NCBI GenBank assembly: GCA_951406725.2
Contig: OX597817.1
Location: 80,228,001-80,292,000 of the forward strand
Length of the DNA: 64,000 nt
Origin: Octopus vulgaris
Taxonomy: Eukaryota
Direction of reading: 5' to 3'
Numbering within the stretch: the first letter of the stretch is position 1; the number at the start of each line of letters is the position of its first letter. Made by a program: the position numbers and the translations under genes. Shown here in pieces: positions 37,352-51,884 of this stretch. A model generated the notes under the pieces. That model did no database searches and was not told where the DNA came from. It saw nothing but the letters and a program-made list of their open reading frames with translations.

Positions 37352-38727
37352 GATTTCAATGATGGTCGTGATGGTCAAGTCAACACGTTAGTGGTGTTTC
37401 TGGTATTGGTGAATTCTGGTACTGATACTTGAGAATTACGTTAAGGGTACGCGTGTCTGTGGAGTGCTCAGCCACTTACAAATTAATTTCACGAGCAGGC
37501 TGACGGAATGCCAGTTTTGGCGTTTTATACGTTATCTGTAATATTCTCTATGAGTTTGGTACTATGCGGACTGTTATTGTTGTTGTTGTTGATGTTGTTT
37601 TTCTTGTTCTTTAACGCTAAGAAACCGATCAAAACGTTCATAAACATGGTCAAGATGTTGGTATTTCTGGGGGAAAAAAAAGCACGCACTACGTTCTCGG
37701 AGTGGTTGGCGTTAGGAACGGCACCCAGCTTTATAAACCTTGCCAAATCAGGTTGAAACTTGGTGCAGCCTACTGGCTGGTGGTGGTGGTGGTGGTGGTG
37801 GTCACACTGGTTCTGTTGGTAGCGGTGATCATAGTGGTCGTGGTTGTTGTGTTGGCGGGCATAGAGGTGGTGCTGGTTCTGCTGCAGGCGGTAATAGTCT
37901 TCCTTATCGTCATAATAATAATGGCAGTAGCCTTGATATTAATTGTCGGAAGCGATAATACTGTGTTCTATTCTAGTTTAGACCAGGATAAACCCTTGTT
38001 GAGCGCAGATCTATGATCAAATGTTTACCCGTCACTCAAAGTTACTAGCCTTGCACCTAAATCAGGAGCCACCATTTGATCATAGGCCTGTTCAATCAGC
38101 TAATGTAGTAAATGCTAGGGGACACGGATAATTTGCAGTTGATTACAAGTACTGCTACTGGGTGTCGAGATAGCAGAATTGTTTGAGCATTGAAAAAATG
38201 ACTAGTGATATTACTACCGTCACTTGACGTTCCGCTAAGATCAACGTTGCCTTTCATATTTCCGTAGTCATTAAGATAAAATACTAGTCGACGTCGATGG
38301 TAACAACTAATACCCTTAATTGAAAATTGCTAGGCTTGTGTCCAGATCAGAAACCATATTTGCTGGTTAAAGATATTAATGTTTAAGGCGCTGTCGCAAT
38401 TATTTAACCTCAGATCAGTTACGATTGAGTAGAGCTATAATCAAGAGCTCAGCAACGGTGACTATTACGTTGCTTTGTATATTTTAGACAATTGTATCCA
38501 GTCTCTTCTTTTTCAGATAGAAGACTGTGATTTGGGAGAATTTGGTAACTAGAAAGATCCCACGGTTGTTTCGGTTGTCAATGCAAGTTGTCGATTACTT
38601 GTCAGTGTTGTTGTTGATGGACTTTCACATTAGCCCTGATCCAACATACTTATAACATGTGACATTCCGCTCATAACCATCCCGTCTAATATACAGTTTT
38701 ACTAAAATCATAAGCATCAATGTTATA

Positions 38728-38942
38728 TTGGTTTCAAATTTTGACACAAGGCCAACAGAATTAGGGAAGTGTGTAAGTCGATTAAATCGACCCCACAGCT
38801 TAACTGCTACTTATTTTATCGACTCCGAAAGGATGAAAGTTAAAGTCGACCTCGGTGGAATTTGAACTCAAAACGTAAATACGGATGAAATGCCGCTAAG
38901 CATTTTGCCCTGGGCCGAATGATTCTGGTAGCTCGCCGCCTT
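38728..38942 (-). mobile_element. SINE family B, tail type 1
   Basis: Reverse complement of 20438-20655. Confidence 0.85.
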
Positions 38943-41263
38943 AAAAATCAATGTCATATTATTAAATTGGAGATGGTAGGGTGTAATGTGCTAGCGGTAT
39001 GGCTGCTATTTTTAGCAAGACGATTAACTACGAACAAGCATCCTTTCTGCAGGACTGTGATAATGCTGGCGATATGATAACGCCTTCATAAGAGATATGG
39101 AATGTGGGAATTGAGGCGATGGAGAAAATATTGTGAAACTAGATGTTAGAACACAGTGTCTGTATAGCACAGATATCTTTGATAAATGAAAACAGAAAAG
39201 AATACAAGATACATAAAAAGACATAAATGATTAAAATATTAAATAAATAAATAAATACAATTAACAAAAACAGCAACAATAATAACAAAAATAATATCTA
39301 ATTAACACTCTGTTAGAGAAGTAATTGGTGCGTACTGACTATCAAATATGTCTTATTTAACGATGACATGTTTCGGTGGAGAGAGTGGTTAGTGGGTTAC
39401 ACTCTCACATGTTGCCGCTTGGTTTCCATTTTTGAGACATTAACCAACCAGACAACGTTCTAATCATCTGACCAATGAAAACAAGTAATCAATCAAACAT
39501 GTAAATGTCAAACACGCATACATATTCACACACTCATACACATTACACAAACACGCATAAGGACAGACAGACACACACACACACACACATACACGCATAA
39601 AGACATATACCTGTATATACAAGCACACATATAAACATGCATATGTATTCTCACAGAGATAGTGAGAAACAGACAGACGTATATGCTCATATATAATCGC
39701 CCACAGTCAACCATACATACACACATACGTACATACATTCATATATATATATATATATATATACATGTGGGGGGATTTATGCATATGTATATATGTATAT
39801 ATGTGTGTGTGTATGTATATATATATATGTGTGTGTGTAAATATATATATGTATGTGTGTGCGTATATCTGTATGTGCGCGTGGGTCTGTGAGCATGTAT
39901 GTGTAGATAGAATCACTAAAAAACGTTCAGTTCAGTCAAACATAATTATCATTTAATGAATGCCGGATCATATATTGTACAAGCCCGTCCGATTACTGCT
40001 TTATTCGAGCATGAAACTTGAAGTAGCTCATCTATAACTCCTTTATCCACATGTGAACAAACAATGGTCCACAAATACATAGAGAGTTAGGGATTCTTAC
40101 ACGTCCGACACACACCAGACAAAGCCACGTTATCGAGACAACAAGCTAGCGTTTTAGGGTTTCAGCGACTAACTAGAAATAATAGCTATTTGTCTCTCAA
40201 ATTACACTTAGCCAGCTTATAAAAATGGCACGCCGGATAAGGCAATAAAGCCGTATTCTGTAACTGAGAAACAGGAGCGATGGCCATGGCTGAAATTTCT
40301 TTCATCAAGGACTTTCTTGATAAAAGCTAATTCGTTTGTATAAAACAGAAACAATTAAAAACAATTAATAATGGATATCCCTTACGAGAACAAAATTTGT
40401 ACTGCAAAGTGTTATGAGGTTATGAGCTTATATGTATATGCACATAAATACATATAAACTATCGATAGATAGAAAGAGAGAGAGAGAAATGCATACACAC
40501 ACATACATACATACATACATACATACATACATACATACATACATACATACATACATACATACGTAGTAAAAGAAGTTGGGAAGTTTCTTTATATAATATT
40601 TATTTAATCATCTAACTCACGCTCCACTAACAATGAACAAATAGCAGTTAAATGAGGAAATATTATAATCTGATTGCATTGTCAAACCTTCAGAGTTTGC
40701 ATAACAGTCATAAGTAATCATTAGTATTCGTAATAAGTAGACAAAAGCATTGTCATATCAACTACTATATTGATTATAATTGTAGTAGTTCATAAGTGTA
40801 TACACGTATATAAAAGTCACTTATACACATCCGTACGGTTCAATAGATTCCGATTTGATTTATTGAACGGTTAATAAGACTAGAGAAAATTATTACTGAG
40901 AATTGTAAATATATTTGTACAATCTGACCAATCATATAATTATACGTAGCTTGAGTTGGGACATCACGAACAGTTACCAACCTTTATGTATGTTTTACTC
41001 ATGTCTGTAATTTTCATCTAAATGTTGGATCAAAATGAGACATCCTGCTATGTTCAGAATCAGAGGAACAAGACAATCTTTGAACGGATTAAAATTTTAA
41101 AGAAAGTACATACTTTCGACGATGTTGAAAGGATAGATTGTGAAGTAAATCAGATCAACTTGGGAAATAGTAGATAATTGGTTCGATTGTTCTTAGAATT
41201 TGCTTAGTTTTAGTTTTTTATTATCGTGGGTTGGAGTTTGCAAGTATATCGTTTAATAGTGTA

Positions 41264-41784
41264 CCGTAAATCCTCGAGTATAATCCGCATTTTTCTCCCA
41301 AAATTTAAAGGTCAAAATCCCTAGTGCGTACTACATACGAGGTTAAAAATGAAAATTATTTTCTAAGCAATGTCCGAGTTTCAATTTGCTGTCTGGCTAT
41401 GTTTATTCAGACGCATTTTGTGATGTAGAGCGCGAAAATTCCTTAAGCTAAGCCTGAAAGCAATAAAGTCATAAAAGGATCATCCATAACTTGCAGAAAG
41501 CAACATTTATTAAACGTTATTACTGTTATTACTGTTATTTCTTTATTTTCTGCAAACAAAATGCACAAAAAAGCTACACGTTTGCATTATGTTATATATA
41601 CAATAATAATAAAGGACGTTACCGTATACACTTTTACAAACCAAGGACGTTATATAGACCTCCTTGACTCTGTTAGAGAAGGGGTGCGTATTATACACAA
41701 GGCTTAGTTTTTTTCATAGGTACAGTACCCTAAAAATCCCCTGCATATTATACTCAAGGGCGGACTATACTCGAGGATTTACGG
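41264..41784. mobile_element. Tc2-like (Tc1/mariner superfamily) non-autonomous DNA transposon
   Basis: TIRs ccgtaaatcctcgagtata.tccgc / gcgga.tatactcgaggatttacgg; TA on both sides; subterminal gcgta.tatac repeats. Confidence 0.88.
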
Positions 41785-41879
41785 TATACAGATTTAGAAT
41801 TAATATAGACCAGAAGGTGGAAAATGCTTCAATAACGTATTGGAAACAGACATACACACAAACAGACGGACGGACAGAC

Positions 41880-42050
<171 letters not shown>

Positions 42051-42811
42051 TGTATATGTACGTATGCATGTATAAATATATTTTTGATATATAACCCTTA
42101 AAATATTGTTACATATGGTTTCCTATCTCAGTTTTTCCATCTAAACAACGGTTGAGAAAGTTATCACTTCGAATGTACAGCCTTGATAAAATTGCCAGTT
42201 ACTGTAGCTATTATACCGTCATCTATCGAATATCTCGTCTACACTACGTCAGTATATGTACGTTGTTCTACATTTGATTCGATGAATTTATTTATGTAAA
42301 CACTTATATACACACACCACAAATATATGTGCATATATATAATATATATATATATAAGAACACATGCACATCTATATATACACACACGCATATACATATA
42401 TGTATGTGTGTATCTATTATGTATGCATAGCTTATCTCCTTTGCTTTGTGTTGTAATTTATCTGATAAACATCAGAAACACAACAATAGCAGACGCTTAT
42501 TGATTCTATTTTCAATTGGATCGTTTCACCCAATGAAAAAACATCTGTCTGAACGTTTCAAGATGGACATTTAAAAAGCAAAACATGGTCAGAGGATAAA
42601 CTGAATTTTCAGAGACCTGACCCTGGTAGGTAGTTAGTGTCAAACTTGAAACTGATATAGACAAACACAAAAGTGACCCTTAACAAAATAAGATACACAC
42701 ACACACACACACACATAATTGATTTTGCACGCATATTCTCCAATATATTTTGATGTGTTGTGGTGCTTATATCTGTCTATATTTGCGTGCATGTGTGTGT
42801 GTACGAGTGCG

Positions 42812-42872
<61 letters not shown>

Positions 42873-43232
42873 ATCAGTGCTGATGGCTGCCTTCGATGTT
42901 TCGCCGATAATACTCCTTAAATCAGTGTTAGGTAAAATAAAAGTTTTCATAAATAATAAGAGTATAGTAGAAGTGGGTTAAAATAAACATAAATAGAAGG
43001 GAAAGAGAGCAAGTTTTGGTAAAATTTAGAAGTTCTAATAAGAAAGTGCAGAGCATAAAAATTTAACTAGAGATAAATCACCCAAATTTTAAATCGTATA
43101 TATAAAATTAGCTCTTGAAATGAAAGTTTTTGACCAACAAAAATAAATAGCAATTAATGGCATTTGCTGATTATTGTTCACAGCTAAGTGGATAAATACC
43201 AACTTACAACACGCAGAATAACAGAGACAGAA

Positions 43233-43282
<50 letters not shown>

Positions 43283-43361
43283 TCAGACAGATAGACGGAG
43301 GGAGGTAATGATGGATACGCATAAATATACATATATAGACTGATGGATAGGCAACTATATA

Positions 43362-43919
43362 TTGGGTTGTCCGGAAAGTTCGTGCCGATTTTTAAAGGCA
43401 AGAAAAAGATCAATAAATACTTGCCATTACCTTTTTAATCAACCAAATATGAACCATTTTGTTGCACATTGCGTCTCCATCTTTCCTTAAACTTGAAAAT
43501 ACCCTCTTCCCAGAATTGAGGTGGCAAAGAATTCATCAGGGTATCTTTTTACGTCATTCAAGGAATTGAAATTTTTACCATTAAGACTATTCTGCAGAGA
43601 CCTGAATAAATGGAAATCCGAAGGAACAATATCTGGTGAATATGGAGGGTGGAGTAATACATCTCAGCCGAGCGGCAACAATTTTTGTCTGGTTCCCAAA
43701 GCATCGAGTGCCGAAAATGAACTTTCTTATCTTCCATTTTAAAGGGTTACAGAATTAACACATGTTACAGAAACATAAATATTCTTCCATGAAAAGATAG
43801 CTAAAACTGTGCTCTAAATGGAGGTGTAGTAAAATCCTATTTTATGGACTCAACCATGTTCTAAAATAAGTCGAAATGTAAGCTACTATAAATCGGCACT
43901 AACTTTCCGGACAACCCAA
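43362..43919 (-). mobile_element. Internally deleted mariner element
   Basis: 30-bp TIRs ttgggttgtccggaaagttcgtgccgattt, TA TSD; minus strand MEDKKVHFRHSML joined to ..LLHPPYSPDIVPSDFHLFRSLQNSLNGKNF..ERWRRNVQQNGSYLVD*. Confidence 0.92.
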
Positions 43920-43969
43920 TAGTTAGAAACATATATGTTGCTAGATAGATAGATAGCTAGCTAGCTAGC

Positions 43970-44032
<63 letters not shown>

Positions 44033-44037
44033 GTAGG

Positions 44038-44103
<66 letters not shown>

Positions 44104-44299
44104 GACCTATGTATTTTTTTCTGTTGACAATATAACAAATTCAATGTTGTTCTTGTCTGTATATATGTATACATATGCACACTATGCTGGTATATTTGCC
44201 TTGTGCGTCATGTTACAGGCTCTGCTTCTTTTCTTTCATTTATATTATTGGCAATATTATTACAATCCATAATATATCTCATTTCCGAAGAGGACAAAT

Positions 44300-44430
44300 T
44301 CTTTTCTTTTCTACTCTAGACACAAGGCCGGAAATTTTGTGGGAAGAGCAGTCGATTAGATCGACTCCAGTACGCAACTGGTACTTAATTTATCGACCCT
44401 GAAAGGATGAAGGGCAAAGTCGACCTCGCC
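44300..44430 (-). mobile_element. SINE family B, 3' fragment
   Basis: cacaaggccggaaatttt..aactggtacttaatttatcgaccctgaaaggatgaagggcaaagtcgacctcg. Confidence 0.8.
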
Positions 44431-44715
44431 GACCGAAGATGACAAATTGTCGGAGCGCAGACGACTGAAGCTTCACTTACTACAACTACTGAATTTCTTA
44501 ATATTTCGAAAAGTAGTCTCTGAAATCATGTTGGCATTCCAAAACGAAGTTAAACCACATTAGGTCAGTGTAATTCTGCACGGTAGGCAAAACTCACGGA
44601 GATGTAGTACAAGATGGTGACTGAAAGTATTGAAGAACGACAGCCACAATGGCAGCAGAGCTAAACCACCACCTTGTCAACAATGTGTCAAACAAAACCA
44701 TTCTGGGCTCGGTAT

Positions 44716-45016
44716 GGAGGCACATGGCCTAGTGGTTAGAGCAGCGGATTCGCGGTCGATGGATCGCGGGTTCTAATCTCAGACCGAGAGATGTGTGTGT
44801 TTATGAGCGAAAAACCTAAGCTCCACGCGGCTCTGGCAGAAGGTATTGGCAAATTCTGCTGACTCGTTCACCATAACTTTCTCTCACTCTTTCCTCCTGC
44901 ATCTTGCAGCTCACCTGCGACGGACCGGCGTCCCGTCCAGGTGGGGAACCTATACACCAAGGAAACCGGGAAACCGGCCCTTATGAGCCAGGCATGGCTC
45001 GAGAAGGAACAAACAA
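44716..45016 (+). mobile_element. SINE family C, full length
   Basis: Near-identical to 18961-19265. Confidence 0.9.
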
Positions 45017-45539
45017 AAATTCTGAGCACGAAAAATCTGGATACCTTGGGAGGGTTCCATTTACTAAGTCTACCCTGTTCCTCATCAACATTGGTAAGTG
45101 ATAATCCTATGCTGACTACCAGAAGTGGCCAGTAGCTCAGTGGAACTGGACTACTTTCTCTGATGAATTATCATTCACGCTTTTTCCCACTTCAGAGTGA
45201 GTTTATGAGCGGAAACAGTCAAAAGAAACTTTAAACACTGATAGTTTGCCGCACCAGGAAGTGATTCATTGAGGATTTGGACAGCTTTATTACGGAATCC
45301 ACTCTTTTGTTGTTCTACATAGCTGTATTGATGCGAAGGATTATCTATTTTGAAGATTACGTTCATCCTATTAAATAAAGATTGTATCCTGATGATTGTG
45401 CACTTTCCTAGGATGGTAATATGCTAATTCACGCTGCTAATGTTAATTCAAAATTGATGCAAGGAGCACATAAGTGATGTAAACCAATTGGATTAGCCAC
45501 TGCAATCACCTACCGGATCTTAATATAACCGAATATTTA

Positions 45540-45725
45540 AAGGCGGTAAGCTGCCGGATTCGTTAGCACACAGGAAAAATGTATTGCGGCATTTCGTCCG
45601 TCTTGACCTTCTGTATTTAAATTCCGCCGAGGTCGACTTTCATCCTTTCGGGGTCGATGAAATAAGTGCCAGTCAAGTATTGGGCTCCCTCAGAAACAGC
45701 TGACTATGTGTCAAAATCTGAATCT
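45540..45725 (+). mobile_element. SINE family B
   Basis: aaggcggtaagctg..ccgccgaggtcgactttcatcctttcggggtcgat. Confidence 0.8.
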
Positions 45726-46674
45726 AATATAACAGAACAGTTAAGCTACATTTTAGAGCAACAAATGTTAAAGCTGCTTCCCTCCACCACCCTCTCTGAA
45801 AAAAGCTACAGTAGGTTTTAGTTGAAGAATAGCTCGAAATACAACTAACAACCATTTGGAACCCGTGAGTCAATTCTTAACACGTGTTAAAGCTCTGATC
45901 GATGTCGAAGTTGGACCAACTCCATATTAAACCACAAAAATTTCCATACATATATTTGGTCCCTGCTAGTGTATGTTTTCATTCATGTGCTTTAACTACA
46001 GCATCAGAGTGGTTTAGCTCTTATTTCTAGCAATGTAGGTGTTTCTTAACAAACACCCTAGTCACATTTAGTGACAATTATAATTCTCCATTTTGGTGAA
46101 ACATTACAAACTGTTGTTTATATTAATTTTACACACACACATACAAACATAATTGAAATATGTGTGAGTGTGTTCGCACGCTCGCGTGTGTCGGGGTTTG
46201 TCTATCACTAAAATATAATCTAGGTCTAGCAGAAATGTCAATAAACAAGAAAAAAGAGTGAAGAAAAGGTAAATATGAACGTTTAAAGTATAAAAGAATA
46301 GGAGGTATTTTTAAGCGGACGTGTATTGTTATTTAAACCCAGGACGGATCTGATCCAGCTGGTGTGTAATCAAAATGGTGCTAGAGCGAATTAGAGGGTT
46401 GCTTCACAAATAATTAATAGGGTTGTTGCAATGTTGGTGATGGTTGATGAAATTGTTGTCGTTGTAGCTGTTGTCTCGTACCAACCTACTCTGGCCCCAT
46501 AGAACTTACGCCAGCCATGTCAATATCATCCTTTAGTAGAGTGGTTCTCAATTGGACCCCTTGGGGTCTCATATGTCGCTTGGGGCCCATACAAGATGTT
46601 GTTATTAAAATCTATGCGTCGTAAATTAGTTGTACTTCTGGGATACAAAAAATATTTTAACAATATTTTATACT

Positions 46675-47065
46675 AGCTCAGATGTGGCTGTGTGTTAAGA
46701 AGTTTGCTTCCCAACCACAAGGTTCCTGGTTCAGTCCCAATGCATGGTACCTTGAGCAAATGTCTTCTAATCTAACCAAGGGCTGCCGTCCAAAGCCTTG
46801 CGAATGGATTTGGTAGACAGAAACTTTAAGAAGCCAATTGTGTGAGTGTGTCATTGTGTCTGTTTTGTTCACCACCACCGCTTCAAAGCAGGTGTTGGTG
46901 TGTTTTCATCCCCGTAACTTAGAGATTCAGTCAAAGAGACCTATAGAATGAGTACTATGCTTTTAAAAACATAAGTACTGGGGTCGATTCATTCGACAAA
47001 AAAATTATTTAAGGCGTTGCCACCGCATGGGTACAGTCTGTTGACAGAAACAAATAAAAGATAAA
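46675..47065 (+). mobile_element. SINE family A, apparently inserted in a hAT MITE (pieces ~46540-46674 and ~47080-47195)
   Basis: A-family collinearity; flanks resemble the two halves of 19281-19474. Confidence 0.75.
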
Positions 47066-47365
47066 ATTCCGAATAATATGTATCATTAAATTCTAATGGG
47101 ATTTTTAAAAATATTGAATGACTATGAGAAATCTACCCCACAAGTAAAATACGAATCAAATGGGGCCATAGTTATTTTTTTAAATGGTTGACATAGACTC
47201 AGGCGTGGCTGTGTAGTTAGAAGCTTGCTTTCTAGCCACATGATTCCGGGTTCAGTCCCACTGCGTGGCACCTTAAGGAAATGTCTTCTACTATTAGCCA
47301 TGGGCCGACCAAAATCTTGTGAATCGATTTGGTAGACGGAAACTGAAAGAAGCCCGTCGTATATA

Positions 47366-47591
47366 TAAGGTGCAGAATGGTTGCCCCAATTTGAAAGGTT
47401 AATAAAAGAACGGACACATAAAGATACAAGAAAAGAGCAATGCTCTCCACTCCAGGCCATGGTGGATACTTCCTGAAACAGAAAAGAACAATGGTATTTA
47501 ATGAATTTCATAGAAATACAAAGTTTTTTCATGTATCTTCATCTTTGTCTTTTATCAACATTTGAAATCAGTGCAACCTTTCTGCCACACC

Positions 47592-47595
<4 letters not shown>
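47366..47595. mobile_element. Tc1/mariner-like MITE
   Basis: Right end tgcaacctttctgccacaccctg-TA; degenerate left end aggtgcagaatggttgccc. Confidence 0.55.
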
Positions 47596-47640
<45 letters not shown>

Positions 47641-47642
<2 letters not shown>

Positions 47643-47825
47643 GATCGTTAGCCACTACACACATATTTTTCTCTGCTTGTTTCCTTCTGTGTTCCTTTCT
47701 GTCGAAGAGCGTAGGCTCGAAACTTGAAAAACTTTTTCAATTCCCGAGCGTTATTCTAATACATCTGTTTGTTTTCTACACCACCTGTCTTCGTCACGTG
47801 TTTTTTTTTCGTGAATTCTCCCCTA
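47641..47825 (+). mobile_element. Penelope-like pLTR fragment (family E), hammerhead-like motif at 47699-47723
   Basis: cctttCTGTCGAAGAGCGTAGGCTCGAAAC; both ends in (TA)n; homologous to 61471-61658. Confidence 0.7.
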
Positions 47826-47842
47826 TATACATATATACATGC

Positions 47843-47893
<51 letters not shown>

Positions 47894-47914
47894 TATGTAT
47901 GTATATGTATATAT

Positions 47915-47946
<32 letters not shown>

Positions 47947-47967
47947 GTATTTATATATATATATGTA

Positions 47968-48018
<51 letters not shown>

Positions 48019-48801
48019 ATATATATATATGTGTGTATATATGTATATATTGGCCTCCATCATCATCGCTTGACAACCGATGCTTGTGTGTTTACGTCCC
48101 CTTAACTTAGTGCTTCGGCAAAACCGATCTAACGGAATAAGTACAAGGCTTACAAAAATGAATCCTTGGATCAATTTCTTCGACTAAAAATCCTTTAAGG
48201 CGGTGCCTCAGCATGGCCGCAGTTAAATAACTGAAAGAAGCAAAAGAATAAAAGAATTTATTAAAAAAAAAACACTATCTTAGTATATCAGAGTTTATAT
48301 TGTATAGTGCTGCCTTCTTTGATTGTGGATAGATTTTGTTGTTATTTCCAGCAGGTTGAATGAGACAGCATAGTGCCTTTAATATGTTAGAGATATGGTT
48401 CAGAACGATGTTGAGATAATACCCTCCCCCCGACCAAACAAAATGTTCAATTCTTTTTATTTTTTGGTAAGGGTATAATATGGTGATGACTGTTATAGAT
48501 CTAGTGTAAACATTAAATAGAATTATTACTGGAGTGGTGTGGAGTGGAAGCCGAAAATAGATATACTTCACACCTGAAGGCAACAGTCGTCCTTTGTATA
48601 GGATCCTACAACCAAGAAAGAAAGAATGGTGATGACGATGATGATGATGATGATGATGGTGGTGTGGGGGTGAGAGTGGTGGTGATGGCAGCGAGGTTGG
48701 TACTGGTGGTTGCACTGGTGCCATTGATCGAGGTGGCAGTGATAGTCGAGATTAAATTGGCGATGACGATGGTAGTGGTGATGATGATGATTATGATGAT
48801 A

Positions 48802-48844
<43 letters not shown>

Positions 48845-49264
48845 CGACAGTGGCGATGATAATGACGATGATAATGATCATGATCATAACGATGATCATG
48901 ATGATGATGGTGTAGTGGTGGTAGTGGCTGATTTAAATGGTATTGGCGTAGTGATAGCTCAGATTGGATATGACGATAATGATGATGATAATGAGGTGGA
49001 GGAGTAGGAAGAGGAGGGCGGTTTTGGTGGTTATATTGATGCTGGTGTTTGCATTGGTGCTATAGATTGTGGTGGTGGTGACACTTGTGGTGAAAATGAT
49101 GATGATGATACTGATGATTTTGAATTGGAGAGGGAGAAGAAAGAAAAAAAGCAAAAAACAAAGAAAGAGAGAAAGAAAGAAATCAACGGTAAGAGGCGGA
49201 AATTATCAAAAAACAAAAAAAAAATTAAATTACTAAAAAATATCCACTTGATGGTCGTGTATTG

Positions 49265-49348
<84 letters not shown>

Positions 49349-49615
49349 TTAGACTTTCGTATATTTACATTTATTTTTTTTCTTCTATTCTATTTTATAA
49401 ATTTTTTTGTTCTAGGCAGGTGTGTGTGGGGTTGATGTGTGCAAAGAAAGGACGGGAAGTGATGGGGAGAGAAAAAAAAATTTTCCTAAATTTTTAAACA
49501 ACAATAGGAAGCAGCAAGTCGAGAAAAAATTTCTTGTGCTTCTTTCTCAAAAGTGCTAAAGGAAAAATTCTATGAAGATGGATGAATTTGTATGATGAAA
49601 TGATGAAATGGGGTG

Positions 49616-49679
<64 letters not shown>

Positions 49680-50014
49680 CAACAACAACAGCAACAAAAC
49701 CAATAATAATAATAATATTAATAATGATGATAATGGTATTCCTGATTTCTTTTGAGGATAATTGAATTAATCATTAATTACCATTCCGCGTTCTTCTTTG
49801 AGGCTGGACAACAAAACAAATTTACTTGGGTGAATGAAGAAGATTTGGGTGAGTTTTTTTTTTCTTTTGCTTTTTTTAAATTTCATTTTTTTTCATTTTC
49901 CCTATTTGTTTCATGAGAAATAGAAAGCTTGTTTATGAATGCTAGGAATCGGACATGCAGATATGTACACAGACATATAGATTTTCGCAAATAGATGGAT
50001 AGATAGATAGCTAC

Positions 50015-50117
<103 letters not shown>

Positions 50118-50186
50118 CACGCATATATTTAAGAATAAGAAGCAATGCAACCATACACAGAAGATCATATATATGTATATTTGAAA

Positions 50187-50255
<69 letters not shown>

Positions 50256-50269
50256 CATATATTATATAT

Positions 50270-50323
<54 letters not shown>

Positions 50324-50438
50324 CTTTTTCACATATTCTTTTTTATTTACCTCCCACACACACCATCCCACTTATAAACTTCTCCTTTTCTCACCTGTTT
50401 GTTTCTCTCTTTCTTTCTCTCCCCCTCTTTCACTCTCT

Positions 50439-50502
<64 letters not shown>

Positions 50503-51144
50503 TTCTTCCCATTTTTTTTCTGACATTCAAAATGCCAAAGTGCGGAAAGAAACAGCTTCTATGAAATGTGGTCCATTTTCTAGATTAAACCTTTTAGAAT
50601 ATATCCAAGACCAAAATGTGACATGTGTAATTTCAAAACATTTTCTTTTTAATTGTAGTTTAGCATTCAAGAATCTGAAACATTAACTACGATTTTTCCC
50701 ACCAGTCAACAGATATCTGCTGATGTTTAAGAATATTGTTTAATCTTTGGTTTTGAATTCTTACACAAGAAGAGTCTTTAATCTCCTTAAATTACTTCAC
50801 AATTCATCTCAGTATATAACAGGAAGATAATTTGTATATGTAAGTCTAAAGCATTACGCTTTACTCGCAACGTCAGTTGATGCTTTCCAGTTGACTGAGA
50901 TCAGGATTATTAGAGGATTAAGGGCAATGTCCTAAATATCTGATGGCCTTCTTAGTCTGGGAAGAATATTGCAGCCAGTCTCTTGCATGTACAATTGAAG
51001 GACAATGTCTGTAGAACAAATGGTGGGAAGTGGGTCACAAAGGATCCTGCCTAAATGTCTACGATTAAAAAAGTATGTTCTCGTCTCCTAAGATGCATAG
51101 AACAGGTAATTAGGTTCATAAATGACCGAAATCTCAATATTTGC

Positions 51145-51315
51145 CTCGTATGGAACGCCAGTCGGTTGTAGGGTTACTCATTTGCTGCTCAGCTGATTGG
51201 AACAACGTGAAATGAAGTATTTTGTTCAAGAACACACAACCCATTACCCAGTCCGTGAAACCACAATCTTGTGATCATGAGAGCAGCACCATAACTACTA
51301 AGTGGTTCGCCTTCC
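51145..51315 (-). mobile_element. CORE-like SINE, diverged (like 27535-27760)
   Basis: ggaacgccagtc..gcagggttact-like, caacgtgaaatgaagt..ttgttcaagaacac. Confidence 0.6.
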
Positions 51316-51884
51316 CCGGGTACTGAACCAACTCCGGTAAATGCGCCTAAGGTCTAAGTGGTCATTTAAAACCGGAATGCATACTTTTCTGCGAACACAG
51401 TATTTTCTGAAACTCCAAACTTATCAATTGTGTAATTCCTTTAACCAACCACATCGAACAAACCCACATCCCTTCTTTATATTACTGCTACTGTATTTCA
51501 CCCCAAACCCTTTATATGCCACCTTTTCGAATTATATATTATGGAAATTTTACTTAACTGTAATTCAACCATGATTCCAAGGAACCGACAAAGTCCCCAC
51601 TTTTCTTCATTATAATATTCCAAAATTTTACGTATTGTTGTGAGAAATTATTTAGAGAATTGTGAAAATGTTATTTATTTCAATGAAACAAAACTTATTC
51701 ATCTATTACAATTAAAATTTATTAGTCTTACTTGTAGAAATATTTCGGTTTAAAACTCACAGAACATGTTCTAAATCTTTTAGGCGCTCATCAGTCCTTT
51801 CATACTCCAGATGTTGTATCTGATTTAGATAAAAGATTCTTATATACCTTCCTTGACAAACAGAATGCGATGAAGTTCAAACAA

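Larger units (their letters stand above)
47198..48260 (+). mobile_element. SINE family A split at its microsatellite (5' half 47198-47365, 3' half ~48050-48260)
   Basis: Halves are collinear with 11600-12015; the gap holds a MITE, a family E fragment and (TA)n. Confidence 0.82.

Noticed and set aside
39360-39420. Hammerhead 3' half (GAAACATGTC with a hairpin) on the minus strand
   Set aside because: No CUGANGA core upstream; at most a decayed remnant.
45020-45480. Possible CR1/L2 RT remnant (STLFLINI)
   Set aside because: Motif too short and degenerate to call without a search.
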